This document shows, piece by piece, positions 45,893 to 56,210 of a DNA stretch of 64,000 nt (positions within the stretch are counted from its first letter, which is position 1; each line of letters opens with the position of its first letter). The DNA is taken from positions 47,103-111,102 of the forward strand of contig JAZDHK010000033.1 in NCBI GenBank assembly GCA_043806035.1. Direction: 5' to 3'. The notes beneath the pieces are model-generated. The model was not told the DNA's origin. It ran no database searches and was given only the letters and a program-made list of their open reading frames with translations. This DNA comes from an archaeon (lineage in GTDB: Archaea; Nanobdellota; Nanobdellia; Woesearchaeales; UBA9642). The translations under genes and the position numbers were made by a program.

Positions 45893-47389
45893 GGAATAAT
45901 TGGGGGGTTCTCGTGTTATCCTGATCTCATGCGGGTGTGCTTCTTTCTGACCAGCATCAGTGACTCTTCTGAAGTCTGCCTTGAGCTGCAGTTCCTCTAC
46001 CGATGCTGCGCCCACGTAGCCCATGCTTCTCCTAAAACTCCCTACATACTGTGCAATGACCTCTGCCAGCTCTCCTTTGTAGGGAACGAGTCCTTCTACT
46101 CCTTCTGCGATGAGCTGTTCCTTGCCTGATTGGTTGTAGCGCTGCCTCGATCCTGCATGCTCTTCCATGGCGCCGATGGAGCCCATGCCTCGGTAGACTT
46201 TCCATTGCCTGCCTTCGACAAATTCGATCCTGCCGGGTGCTTCTTTTGTTCCTGCAAGCATGCCTCCCATCATGACAGAAGCAGCTCCTGCGCCTATGGC
46301 TTTTGCAATATCTCCTGGATACTTTAAACCACCATCTGCACAGAGCGGTATGCCATACTCTTTTGCGATAGTACTGCACTCATAGATTGCCGTCACTTGC
46401 GGCGTCCCAATGCCTGCAATGACTCTCGTCGTGCATATACCCCCTGGCCCTTGTCCTATCTTGATGCCATCAACGCCTAACGCGCACAATCGTCGAGCAC
46501 TGTCCGGCTCTGAAATGTTGCCTATGACGATATCGATGCCCAGTCGCATGTCTTTGAGCTTTTTGAATGTTTCATGGACGGGCAGGGAATCAGCATGTGC
46601 AGTGTCAATGACAAGCACATCTGCCTTCTTCACCAACTGTTCTGCACGAGAGAACGCATCGTCATACACGCCGATAGCTGCAGCAACCCTGAGCTTGCCG
46701 TGCGCATCGACATTGTATGCATAGATTCCAGCAGCAGGGTGCATGATGCGCTTGACGTCGCTCAGCACGTACATGCCTGCAAGCAGTCCTTTGTCGTCGA
46801 TAAGGGGAAGCACTTTTTTCTTGGCAGAGAACATCAGCGCGTATGCCTGCTCGATGGTTGTGTCTGGAGACGAGGTAATGAGTTGTGTCGTCATGAGCTG
46901 CCGTGCCTGTTGTGTCGTGTCCGTGCAGAAGTCGAAATCGTTGTCCGTCAGGATGCCAACGAGCATTCCTGTGCTGTTGAGCACGGGAAAACTACTGAAC
47001 GTCCACCTTTTTTCTTGCTTCTTTGCTAGGATGGAGGCAATGGTGTCTGTTTCTCTGAAAGAGATGGGCTTTTCGATGAGTCCGTTGAGGTGGAACTTGA
47101 CTTTGGCGACTGCCGCAGCCTGTGCTTCAGGAGAAAGATTCTTGTGTATGACGCCTATGCCGCCGAGCTTGGCAAGTTCTATAGCCATGTCCGCTTCTGT
47201 TACGGTGTCCATCGCTGCGCTCACAATGGGAATGTTCAGGTTGACATTGCGAGAAAATCGTGTTGCCGTGCTTACTGCATCAGGCATGACTTTGCTGTAT
47301 TGAGTCTTGAGCTCTACATCGTCATATGTGACGGCAAGACCAATGCGTGAGAGCGTTTCAAAAAAAGCATCTTTGGGCAGGTTGTTCAT
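45881..47389 (-). CDS. guaB: IMP dehydrogenase with CBS pair
   Basis: [44 protein letters not shown]. Confidence 0.96.
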   Translation of the reverse strand: MNNLPKDAFFETLSRIGLAVTYDDVELKTQYSKVMPDAVSTATRFSRNVNLNIPIVSAAMDTVTEADMAIELAKLGGIGVIHKNLSPEAQAAAVAKVKFHLNGLIEKPISFRETDTIASILAKKQEKRWTFSSFPVLNSTGMLVGILTDNDFDFCTDTTQQARQLMTTQLITSSPDTTIEQAYALMFSAKKKVLPLIDDKGLLAGMYVLSDVKRIMHPAAGIYAYNVDAHGKLRVAAAIGVYDDAFSRAEQLVKKADVLVIDTAHADSLPVHETFKKLKDMRLGIDIVIGNISEPDSARRLCALGVDGIKIGQGPGGICTTRVIAGIGTPQVTAIYECSTIAKEYGIPLCADGGLKYPGDIAKAIGAGAASVMMGGMLAGTKEAPGRIEFVEGRQWKVYRGMGSIGAMEEHAGSRQRYNQSGKEQLIAEGVEGLVPYKGELAEVIAQYVGSFRRSMGYVGAASVEELQLKADFRRVTDAGQKEAHPHEIRITREPPNYSLRH

Positions 47390-47512
47390 CAGTAGCTGAA
47401 CCTAACGTTCACGTAGAGGAGAAAGCCACACCTTGTTTAATAATTTTTCTAAACAAGACAGTGCGTTTTCTGTTCCAGTAAATTATTTAATGACGGCTAC
47501 CTCTGTGCTGTT

Positions 47513-48112
47513 GTGGAATTAAGACTTGGATTTTTGGCATCGCATACGGGGAGTAATGTGGAGGCCATACTCAACAGCATAGACACGGGTGTGCTTACTG
47601 CACAACCGAAAATTATCATAACGAACAATCCTGGTGCAGAAGTTCTTGCTGTCGCAAAAAAATACGGCGTAGCATCACGTTGCTTGAATGCCAATAACCA
47701 CGCACCCTATCCGACTGTGGATGAGGCAATACTCCAAATACTTATCGCATCAGAAGTGAATCTTGTGCTCCTTGCGGGATATATGAAACGCATTGGACAA
47801 AACGTGATTAGACACTACTCGAATGCAATACTCAATATACATCCTGCATTACTTCCTAAGTATGGTGGACAGGGGATGTACGGAATGAACGTTCATGACG
47901 CAGTTATTAAGTCAGCCGATACAGACAGTGGTGCAACCGTGCATCTTGTTGATGAACACTACGATACGGGGAGAATACTGTTGCAATCAAAAGTGCCCAG
48001 ACATACGGATGATACTGCAGCGACCCTTGCAAAAAGAGTACTCGAAACAGAACATGCGCTCTATACTGAAGTACTCAAAAGAATACAGGAAGATGAACTT
48101 CTCCTTAACTAA
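47513..48112 (+). CDS. purN: Phosphoribosylglycinamide formyltransferase
   Basis: ASxxGSN, LAGYM, LNIHPALLP, GATVHLV..YDTG. Confidence 0.93.
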   Translation: MELRLGFLASHTGSNVEAILNSIDTGVLTAQPKIIITNNPGAEVLAVAKKYGVASRCLNANNHAPYPTVDEAILQILIASEVNLVLLAGYMKRIGQNVIRHYSNAILNIHPALLPKYGGQGMYGMNVHDAVIKSADTDSGATVHLVDEHYDTGRILLQSKVPRHTDDTAATLAKRVLETEHALYTEVLKRIQEDELLLN

Positions 48113-48208
48113 GATTAGTCGTATTCAAGCGTTATCGCCGAATCTTTTTGTTTTGGTGAATTATTGTGTGCTGGGTAGCGAGTAATGTATGATTTTTCTC
48201 CTTATCGT

Positions 48209-48691
48209 TCATAGTGAATTCACATAAATAATTTTGTGATTGATAATTGATGCTCCTTGTTGACCAAACGTGAATGTTGCTCTCAATTTCTTCCCTTCTA
48301 AAACTTCAGGCAACCAGTATGCATCATCTATCCACATCCGTTTCATGGGAAGTGAATCGCGGGAATACCATTCGGGTTTCATCTCTTCAGTTTCCTGTGG
48401 CTCCCCATACCATTTCTTCAGAAAATAAACATGCACAGTCTGATTCCAATCTTTCTCCTCAGGCACATCATCAAAGAAAAAATCTATCTCAGCCACCTTC
48501 TCAAGATTAGAGAACTGTGCATCTATTCGAGCTTCTTCTTTTAATTCACGTACGGCTGCTTGTTCAATGGTTTCTCCGTTATGCACCTTGCCACCATAAC
48601 CATTTAATTTTTCAGCACCAAAACCGCGTTTTTTGAGTCCCAAAAGAACGTGATTATCCTGTATACAGTAAACAAGAGTAACTGGTCTCAT
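48209..48691 (-). CDS. 8-oxo-dGTP diphosphatase (MTH1/NUDT1-like NUDIX)
   Basis: LLGLKKRGFG...GGK..GETIEQAAVRELKEE, ETEEM.P.W, MW.DD.YW. Confidence 0.9.
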   Translation of the reverse strand: MRPVTLVYCIQDNHVLLGLKKRGFGAEKLNGYGGKVHNGETIEQAAVRELKEEARIDAQFSNLEKVAEIDFFFDDVPEEKDWNQTVHVYFLKKWYGEPQETEEMKPEWYSRDSLPMKRMWIDDAYWLPEVLEGKKLRATFTFGQQGASIINHKIIYVNSL

Positions 48692-48724
48692 GGCAATATC
48701 GCATCTTGGCGGTGCGGGAAGGCG

Positions 48725-49462
48725 TTAATCGGTGTCGACTCTCGGCGCGAGGATGAATGCCAGTTGCGCCTTGTTCAGAGCGACATATTCTATCTTGAGC
48801 GGATAGTCCTTGGAAAACTCGACTTTCACCTTGTCTGCTATCTTGCTCCCTTGGATGATTTTCTTCAGGTATTCGATGCTGTACTTTGCTCTGCACTTTT
48901 CCTTGGCATCGACTTTCGTGTTGGCATCCTCGGGAATGTCGATCTGTGCTTTGTTGAGATCCCCTTGTGCGGAGATGATGAACTTTTTGGGCTCAACATG
49001 GAAGGTGACGCTTTCTCCCACGATGTCCACATCCTCGATGGCATCATTCAGTGCCGTGCTGTCGAGCATGATGCTTGCTGCAAATTTGAGGTCGGGCATG
49101 CGCTGCTCCTTCTCTTCGAGGTCGAGCAGTGGCAGGGAGAATGTTCTCGTGCTCGTTCCTTTCAATGTGAGCTTGAACTTGCTGTCTGCAACTTCTAAGG
49201 TCATGGTGTCATTTCCTTTGATCCTGCGCAGAACCTGCTTGAGATTGTTGAGGTTGATACTGAAGCTTGTCTCGGCCTTGACATCGTATTCGACAAATGT
49301 GCTCGAAAGGATGCGGAAGATGACCATGGCGACGTTCGCAGGGTCCATGGCAATTAACTCAATCTTGTCCTTGTCCACCTTGAACGTGCCTTCGCTGACA
49401 AGATCAGAGATGATGCTGACGGGCTCTTTGATGAATTTGGTATCTGCTAGTGTGACTTTCAT
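48725..49462 (-). CDS. pcn: PCNA sliding clamp
   Basis: AMDPANVAM, YS.EYL, DYPL, C-terminal LAPR. Confidence 0.96.
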   Translation of the reverse strand: MKVTLADTKFIKEPVSIISDLVSEGTFKVDKDKIELIAMDPANVAMVIFRILSSTFVEYDVKAETSFSINLNNLKQVLRRIKGNDTMTLEVADSKFKLTLKGTSTRTFSLPLLDLEEKEQRMPDLKFAASIMLDSTALNDAIEDVDIVGESVTFHVEPKKFIISAQGDLNKAQIDIPEDANTKVDAKEKCRAKYSIEYLKKIIQGSKIADKVKVEFSKDYPLKIEYVALNKAQLAFILAPRVDTD

Positions 49463-49523
49463 ACGTTTCCCCCCTTGAGAGTCGTACAACCTGCTGCTTT
49501 ATATAATTTTCCGTCCTGCACAG

Positions 49524-50828
49524 CTACAGCCGCAGCGTCTCCCCAGAATATAGCCTATGTACAGTCTTTCCTTCGACATATCCTTCTTTCTTCGCCATGG
49601 CGATGAATGCGTCCATGCTTTCCTGTTCGCTGTGGCTGGGGATGATGTGCTCAGGCTTCACGAGCCGGAGCAGTTCCTGCTGGTCCAGTATGCTACCGTG
49701 CCCTGACGCGTGTATGTCGCGAATGATGCGCACTTTTCTTGCCGTCAGTTCTTGCTCGATGGCTTCCCGGTTCAGGCGATTGATCTCTGTCGGGATGACG
49801 GAGCTGGCGAAGATGACCACGTCACGCTCGTCAAGCGGCAGCATCTTCTCCTCGACGATTTTCCTGAGCATGGATCTCGGCTCGCCTTGGTGGCCGGTGA
49901 CGATGAAGACGTACTGTTCTGGCCGCTTGACCTTTCTGAGCCATTTCTTCACGGCAGAGCTGAACTTGACCATTTCTGCATCAGAAAATTTGGCAATGTT
50001 GAGCTTTTCTGCAGCCTCGATGTACTTGGCCATGCTCCTGCCCATGAAGCACGCTTTCCTGCCTATGCTTTTGCAGCACTGTGCGATGGTCTTGAGCCTG
50101 GCTATCTGGCTGGCGAAGGTGGTGACGATAATGAATCTGGACTGTCGTTCCTGTTCCAGGGTTTTTTCCACGAGATTGGCAGCGTCCTGCTCTGAAGGGA
50201 CGCGGTCTTTCTTCGTTGCATAGAGCGTGTCAAGGATGCATGCTTTCACCTTGAGACTTTTGAGCCGTTTCGTGTCCGTCGTCTTGCCCAGGATCGGTGT
50301 GGGGTCGAGCTTGAAGTCATTACAGTATAAGACGGTGCCTTCTGGCGTGTGCACGGCAATCATCACGCTGTCGGGTACGCTGTGCGTGACGTTGATGAGT
50401 TCTATCTTGACGTTCTTGGTGAGCTTGAACGTCGTGCCAATGGGTACACGCTTGAGCTCGTTGGGGATGCCGATGTCCTCATCTCGCAATATCGAACGTA
50501 GTACTGCTATCGTGTAGGGACTGCCGTAGACAGGACATTTGAATCGTGGTGCGAGGAAGGGGACTGCCCCGACGTGGTCGAGGTGCGCGTGCCCTATGAT
50601 GATGCCTTTCACGAGCGGCTTCCAATTGCCCAGGATGTCCACGTTGGGAGCTGCGCTGCAGGCGATGAGTCGCTTTCCAGAAAGTTTGAGGATGGTGTCC
50701 TCTTCCGTGAGTTGGATGTACTTGTCCAGCATCAAGCCCATGTCAAGCAGGATGACGTCGTCTCCTGTCCGTATGGCGGTCATGTTCTTGCCTATTTCTC
50801 CGTAGCCGCCGATTGCCTTTATCTCCAT
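49524..50828 (-). CDS. rnj: Ribonuclease J (beta-CASP metallo-beta-lactamase)
   Basis: GG..EIGKNM, HAHLDH, HS.PD, TG.QGEP, HASGH. Confidence 0.92.
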   Translation of the reverse strand: MEIKAIGGYGEIGKNMTAIRTGDDVILLDMGLMLDKYIQLTEEDTILKLSGKRLIACSAAPNVDILGNWKPLVKGIIIGHAHLDHVGAVPFLAPRFKCPVYGSPYTIAVLRSILRDEDIGIPNELKRVPIGTTFKLTKNVKIELINVTHSVPDSVMIAVHTPEGTVLYCNDFKLDPTPILGKTTDTKRLKSLKVKACILDTLYATKKDRVPSEQDAANLVEKTLEQERQSRFIIVTTFASQIARLKTIAQCCKSIGRKACFMGRSMAKYIEAAEKLNIAKFSDAEMVKFSSAVKKWLRKVKRPEQYVFIVTGHQGEPRSMLRKIVEEKMLPLDERDVVIFASSVIPTEINRLNREAIEQELTARKVRIIRDIHASGHGSILDQQELLRLVKPEHIIPSHSEQESMDAFIAMAKKEGYVEGKTVHRLYSGETLRL

Positions 50829-50846
50829 GTATCTTCCTTTTTTCGT

Positions 50847-51728
50847 TTATGCTTTAATAAGTTTTGCAATGAAGAATCCTTCCGTGCCGTGCTTGTGCGG
50901 CCAGAATCGTCTCGTTTTTGCAAGTGCAGGATTGAGTGCCGTACCAAAAACAGTTGTGAAGCCAGGATCGCCAATCTTGCTGGTTGTTTCTTCAAGCGTC
51001 ATGTCTTGATACTTGTTGAGGAACCAGTCAATGACAAGCTCATTCTCTTCAGGCTCCAGGCTGCATGTGCTGTACACGAGGATTCCTCTTGCCTTGAGTA
51101 CTGTGTGTGCTGCCTTGAGTAGTTCCTTTTGCAGTCGGGAGCGCTCCTGGATGCCGGGCAGAGTCTTTTCCTTGAAATAATTAGGGTGCGTGCAGAAATT
51201 TCCCGAGCACGGAGCGTCGAGCAGAATTTTGTCGAACTGCATGCCTAGATCTTTTGCAAAGCGAGCGTCTTTCCTGTACACGAGGACATTCTTGACGGAA
51301 AGCCGTTCGAGGTTGTTGCGCAATGCGTCGAGCCGTCCCGTATCGAGCGCAATAATGATGCCTTCATTGCGCATGCGTTGTGCGAGCTGTGTCGTCTTCC
51401 CACCAGGGCTTGCAGCCATGTCGAGCACGTAATCAGTAGGTGAGGGATTGAGCAGCTCTGCAGGGAGTTGTGCTGCGGCCTCTTGCAGGTAGTAGTGGCC
51501 GAGCAAGTATTCTGTTGTCGCTCCGAGCGAGAACGGGGCTGTGTAATAGTAGCCGTTGGTGAGGAAGGGAATTTTTTTGAGGATGACGCTCTCTTTTGCA
51601 AGCCGTTTTTGCAAGGCCGCAGGACTGGTTTTGAGGGTGTTCACGCGCAATGATGGATGTAAGATTATGGGCAAGGAGAATGTCTCTCCAAGAGCTGCAT
51701 ATCTTCTTAAGAATTGTTGTCCTTCCAT
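50847..51728 (-). CDS. NOL1/NOP2/Sun (RsmB/F) RNA m5C methyltransferase
   Basis: LRVNTLK, DMAASPGGKT, DAPCSG, YSTCS...ENE. Confidence 0.93.
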   Translation of the reverse strand: MEGQQFLRRYAALGETFSLPIILHPSLRVNTLKTSPAALQKRLAKESVILKKIPFLTNGYYYTAPFSLGATTEYLLGHYYLQEAAAQLPAELLNPSPTDYVLDMAASPGGKTTQLAQRMRNEGIIIALDTGRLDALRNNLERLSVKNVLVYRKDARFAKDLGMQFDKILLDAPCSGNFCTHPNYFKEKTLPGIQERSRLQKELLKAAHTVLKARGILVYSTCSLEPEENELVIDWFLNKYQDMTLEETTSKIGDPGFTTVFGTALNPALAKTRRFWPHKHGTEGFFIAKLIKA

Positions 51729-52798
51729 GGCAGATCGAGGGTTATTTTTCCTTCTTTTTCCTTGATGTCGATGATGTTCTTGTCTTCTTGAAGCGCATGC
51801 ACGGCAGGCCAGCCTTCCTTTTTCCTGACAGCATTGATTTTGTCAAGGACAGCTTTCACGTACGTGTAATTGTTGTAGATGGCTTCTCCCGCAGCCTGGG
51901 ACTCTGTCTCTTCTGTGATGAGTCGTTGCTTGTGCTCCTCTTGTGCCTTGATGATTTTTTCGTGGGCGTTGAGCTTTTTTGTTGTTTCGGGTTGGTTCTT
52001 CATGATGAGTGTGGGGAGGCGAGTGGTGAGCGCTGCATTGAAGCTTTCGAAAGACGTTCCTTCTCCCTTACTACTCAGAGCGAAAGGATAGCAGCCATCT
52101 GCGTATGCTGTCGCTTGCGGTTTCTTTTGCAAGAGCAGCTGTATTGCCTTATGCAATTGCTGTGCATCTGCAGGAAGAGGTGTTTTGTTCTTGTCAAGTC
52201 CCGCAAGTGTGCATGCCTCCTCTGCGTATTCACCGCCAAGACCGAGTTGTACCGCAAGGAAATGTACGATTGATTTTGGTTTCTTTTCAAGCAATGTTCG
52301 TATGTCGTCAACGTCACAGGTGAAGGGGTTGGGCAATGCGGGAGGCAAGCAGTAGGTGTTGTGCCGTTTGATGCTCCTATCCTTCCAGTCGCGCATGTGC
52401 AATGCATGGACTATGCTTTTCTTGTCATCGCAGAGGATGAGATTTCCCGTACTGAAGAATTCGATGAAGATGTAGCTGGTGTGCTTGCCCACACATTTCA
52501 TGCTAATGACACGTTCGAAACCTTCTTGGTGTAGCTCTTCAATCCAGGCATTGCCCAAGATCTTGCGGAGAGCCATGGCGAGCTGTGTCGGTTGTTCGGG
52601 AGCTTCCGGCTTATCCTTGAGCATGACAATGAGATGCGGGAGGTCTATTGAGAGGATGGACTTGCCGTGCTTTCTGCCGTGAACGACGAACCAGAACTTC
52701 TCCTTGTCCTGATAGATTTGGTTGATGCGGCAGGGAATGTAGTCTTGCAATTCCCTCACCAAATAGTGCAAGTCCAAAGCAGAGAGTGCGTCTTTCAT
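51707..52798 (-). CDS. NFACT/Rqc2 (RqcH/NEMF-like) protein, N-terminal half only
   Basis: LSALDL...EL, RINQIYQ, LRK.L, ERV, E.F..GNLIL, HhH GLGG.YAEE, then a coiled coil; ends at ITLDL. Confidence 0.82.
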   Translation of the reverse strand: MKDALSALDLHYLVRELQDYIPCRINQIYQDKEKFWFVVHGRKHGKSILSIDLPHLIVMLKDKPEAPEQPTQLAMALRKILGNAWIEELHQEGFERVISMKCVGKHTSYIFIEFFSTGNLILCDDKKSIVHALHMRDWKDRSIKRHNTYCLPPALPNPFTCDVDDIRTLLEKKPKSIVHFLAVQLGLGGEYAEEACTLAGLDKNKTPLPADAQQLHKAIQLLLQKKPQATAYADGCYPFALSSKGEGTSFESFNAALTTRLPTLIMKNQPETTKKLNAHEKIIKAQEEHKQRLITEETESQAAGEAIYNNYTYVKAVLDKINAVRKKEGWPAVHALQEDKNIIDIKEKEGKITLDLPWKDNNS

Positions 52799-52828
52799 GC
52801 GTGAAGAGAAGACCTGTTGTTTATATAC

Positions 52829-53248
52829 TTATTCCGTCCACACCACGATGGGCTTGTGCCCTTTGCGTTTTGCTTCCTCGTAGCAGACGTTGAATATTTC
52901 CGAATCAAGGTTCTGCCGCATTTTCTGCTCGGCGTATTTTCTTTTCGCCAGGCGTTCGCGGAGGACGGGCAAAGGACATTTGGTGACGAAGCACACGCTG
53001 ACCTCCTTTCTGGGCAGGTAGTGACTGAGATGCCCATCAACGATACAGCCATTGTGCTTGTGCATTTCTTTCAGAAGCGGAGGGATGAGCTGTGCAGGAT
53101 CGACGTCCAATGCATCCGTTTTCATGTAGATCTTGTGCTGTTTCACGAATGCCGTGATGCTCACGTAGTGCAGGTGCAGTTGCTTCGCAAGTTGCTTGGC
53201 AAGAACAGTCTTTCCCGTGCCGGGAGTTCCCGTGATGATAACGTTCAT
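52829..53248 (-). CDS. Archaeal adenylate kinase / Fap7-AK6 family NTPase
   Basis: ITGTPGTGKT, VDGHLSH, L.ERL..R.Y...K...N. Confidence 0.9.
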   Translation of the reverse strand: MNVIITGTPGTGKTVLAKQLAKQLHLHYVSITAFVKQHKIYMKTDALDVDPAQLIPPLLKEMHKHNGCIVDGHLSHYLPRKEVSVCFVTKCPLPVLRERLAKRKYAEQKMRQNLDSEIFNVCYEEAKRKGHKPIVVWTE

Positions 53249-55188
53249 AGTTTCGGCTGGGTCTCTTTCTCGAGCAGCTTGATGAGTTCGGTTTTGGTCT
53301 TTGTCTGTTTCATGAGTGCTGCGAGTTTTTTGTTGTGCAGGCCTTTTCGCACCCACTTGTCCATGTTGTGCTTCTGATGCGCACAGGTTGTTTCGTCCAT
53401 GGCTTTGACTTCGGTCAGCAGCTCGGTGAGCGTGCCAATGATGTGGCCGTTCTTCAACCGTAATTCTGCGTGGGCAATCCTGCCACCATGAACTCTCAAT
53501 AGGTACTGCATCTTCATCACTTTCTGGATGAAGACGATGAGGACAAAAATGACCAACGCTACGGAGAAGAGCAGACCTATCTCCTTGTACATGTCGTGCG
53601 GTGTGAGATGGAACAGCATGATCTTCCTGAGCGACTCCGAGGCGATGACGTAGATGTTGTACTTGGCAAGCTTCTGCATGAGCGGGCTGAGGCTTTCCAG
53701 GGGAATGATGATGTTCGAGAGCAGGAGCAGGACGCTGCCGATGCTGAGGCTGGCGAGGGTCACGCCCTCTTGCGTGCTGAGCAAATAACCAAGGCCCATG
53801 CCTATACTGGTGAAGAGGCAGATGGTAATGGTCACGAGCAGGAGTGCGGGCCAGAGGGTCGCGGGCAGGGCGATGTGCAGGAAGAGGTGCGCTGCGCCAA
53901 TGATGATGATGAGCTGTACTAGTGTCAGAAGCAGGTTGGTGAGGAACATGGCGAAGATGAACGTCATGTCCTCTGTCGGGGTGATGAAATTCCTGAAGAA
54001 TGCCCTGCTCTTCTTTTCCATGACTACCATGGTGGAAGAGAGCATGATGCTGATGAACATGATAATGAGCACAACCAAGTAGGGGAGGAGGTAGTTGAGG
54101 TTTGTCCCTTCAGTGCTCACGGGCTCTATTCGTGTGCTGATGGGACGCACGATGCTTTCCGAAGAGGTGACGCTGATGTTGTCGATGGCATCGGTGATGC
54201 CTTCCAAAGTTGCCTTGATTTTTTCCGTGTCGCTTTTCAGGCTGTCAAATCCTACCCTGATACCGTCGGCTTTTTTCTTCAGATCAGCATTGGCAATCTT
54301 GGCGTTCGCGAGCCGTTCGTTGAGATGCCCGACGGTTTCGGAAATGTTGCTCAAGCTAGCGTTGATGTCTGAGAGTCTTCCTGTTGTTGTGTTCTGGAAT
54401 GCTTTGATGCTCGTATTGAGACTGTTCAGGTCTGATTCGAAGTCGCTCGAGCTCAGGTTGGAGCAGGATGGACAGTCATCAATGTCTGTTAGCAGTGCAT
54501 AGCCACTATCGAGAATACTGGTTCCTTTCTGGATGAGGGTGCTTCTTTCACTGCTGAGCGTGTTGACTGTTGTGCGTACGCTCTCCGTGTTGACATTCTC
54601 TTCCGTCAGGTCGATGCTGTTTATTTTTGTCTTCAGGGCATCAACGTCCTGCTTGCCTTTTTCCTCAGCTGCTTCTTGTTTTATCAGGGCAAGCACGGTT
54701 TGTTCGTTCTTCGCTTTCGTATCTGTCATGACGTCAAGGATGACATCGGTGAGTCCTTTGCTCAATTCGGCAGTTTTTAAGTCGACCTTCTTTCCGATGA
54801 TGTCCGTGATGATGTAGACGAAATTCGTCCTACTCTGGTCTGCATAGAAGATGACTTCATTGGTCTTGTTGTTTGCAATGACGAAATTGTCAGGGAAGAT
54901 GATGCACAAGTGCAGTTGCCCTTGTTTAATCTGCTCGATGCATGCTTCCGTGCTCTCTGTTTGTACAACCGTGATCTGCTGTTCTTTGATGGCATCGATG
55001 AAGGACGTTGCGAGTTCAGTGTAGGTTGGCGCGTACGCACCCACATTGAGCTGGATGTGCGTTTGGCTGTTGAACGCTAAACCTACAAGCAGGATGATGA
55101 GCAATGGTCCGAAGATGATGGTGAATGCAGAGGTCTTGCTTCTGAAGAGCACCTTGAAGTTCTTCATGCAGACGTGCCAGAGTTTCAT
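53245..55188 (-). CDS. ABC-2 type permease with a long extracellular coiled coil and a C-terminal cytoplasmic domain
   Basis: N-terminal TM, ~300 aa loop, 5-6 TM helices with EK..F.R and P.E motifs; coupled to the ATPase gene. Confidence 0.85.
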   Translation of the reverse strand: MKLWHVCMKNFKVLFRSKTSAFTIIFGPLLIILLVGLAFNSQTHIQLNVGAYAPTYTELATSFIDAIKEQQITVVQTESTEACIEQIKQGQLHLCIIFPDNFVIANNKTNEVIFYADQSRTNFVYIITDIIGKKVDLKTAELSKGLTDVILDVMTDTKAKNEQTVLALIKQEAAEEKGKQDVDALKTKINSIDLTEENVNTESVRTTVNTLSSERSTLIQKGTSILDSGYALLTDIDDCPSCSNLSSSDFESDLNSLNTSIKAFQNTTTGRLSDINASLSNISETVGHLNERLANAKIANADLKKKADGIRVGFDSLKSDTEKIKATLEGITDAIDNISVTSSESIVRPISTRIEPVSTEGTNLNYLLPYLVVLIIMFISIMLSSTMVVMEKKSRAFFRNFITPTEDMTFIFAMFLTNLLLTLVQLIIIIGAAHLFLHIALPATLWPALLLVTITICLFTSIGMGLGYLLSTQEGVTLASLSIGSVLLLLSNIIIPLESLSPLMQKLAKYNIYVIASESLRKIMLFHLTPHDMYKEIGLLFSVALVIFVLIVFIQKVMKMQYLLRVHGGRIAHAELRLKNGHIIGTLTELLTEVKAMDETTCAHQKHNMDKWVRKGLHNKKLAALMKQTKTKTELIKLLEKETQPKL

Positions 55189-56153
55189 GGTTGGTCTCCC
55201 TTGGCGAGCGTGACGAAGATCTCATCAAGCGTCGGCTTGTTCACCCGGAGATCAATGAGATTTTCTTTCTGGTCTTCGAGCCTGTTGAGGATTTCGGGAA
55301 GGACTTTTTCTGGCCGTGTCGTGTAGATGATGAGCTTTGTTCCCTTGTTCTCTGCGTGCGTGATGTACTTGAGCGCCTCTTTGTTGCGTAATTTCATGAT
55401 GTTCTCGTATTTTCCCGGGAAGCTCTCGATGTGGATTTCTTCCGCGTTGCTGAACCTTGCCCGTATTTCGTGCGGCGTTCCTGACTCGAGGATCCTTCCG
55501 TCTTTGAGTATGGCTATGCGGTTACAGATGTTCTCTATCTCATTCAAGTGGTGGCTGGCGAGCACGATGGTTGTGCCTTTCTTGTTGATCTGCTTGATGA
55601 GCTTCCAAATGTTGGCACGCAGTAACGGGTCCAGATCTGCAGTGGGCTCGTCGAGAATGAGCAGTTTTGGATCGTGGATGAGCGAACAGGCAATGTCTAA
55701 TCTGCGCTGCATGCCCCCACTCAGGTTCTTTGCAAGCGTGTGTTGTGCTGACATGAGGTCCATGAAATAAAGCAGGGTATTCGTGTTTGCTTTCAGCGCA
55801 TCCTTGCTGAGGCTGTACAAATTGCCGAAATAGGTGATGTTCTCCCGCACCGTCAGTTCGGGATAGAAACTGGGATTTTGTGCAGCAAAACCAAACAGGT
55901 GCCGCATTTCTTTCTTGTTCTTGAAAATGCTCACGTACTTCTCTGACATGCCTTTTTCTATCTTGTAGAGCACGTCGCCATCGTCAGGAGTGACGAAGCC
56001 GATGAGGCAGTTCAGGAAGGTAGTCTTGCCGCTGCCAGAAGAGCCAATGATGCCGAAGATCTTTCCAGAATCTATCTCAATGTCAATGTCCTTGAGCACA
56101 CTATTATTGTTGAACGATTTGGTGAGATGAGTTATTTTCAGCAGAGGAAGCAT
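55185..56153 (-). CDS. ABC transporter ATP-binding protein
   Basis: GSSGSGKTT, LSGGMQRR, LILDEPT. Confidence 0.95.
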   Translation of the reverse strand: MLPLLKITHLTKSFNNNSVLKDIDIEIDSGKIFGIIGSSGSGKTTFLNCLIGFVTPDDGDVLYKIEKGMSEKYVSIFKNKKEMRHLFGFAAQNPSFYPELTVRENITYFGNLYSLSKDALKANTNTLLYFMDLMSAQHTLAKNLSGGMQRRLDIACSLIHDPKLLILDEPTADLDPLLRANIWKLIKQINKKGTTIVLASHHLNEIENICNRIAILKDGRILESGTPHEIRARFSNAEEIHIESFPGKYENIMKLRNKEALKYITHAENKGTKLIIYTTRPEKVLPEILNRLEDQKENLIDLRVNKPTLDEIFVTLAKGDQP

Positions 56154-56210
56154 GTGTGTATCTTAAAAAAGCCGCTTTTTAAACTTTGTTCTTTTGGAGA
56201 AGCGTTCGTT

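Noticed and set aside
47390-47435. guaB leader TCTAC-GTGAAC-GTTAG-GTTCA-GCTAC reminiscent of a purine riboswitch 3' half
   Set aside because: There is no P2 stem or kissing loops and the leader is too short; at most a simple hairpin.
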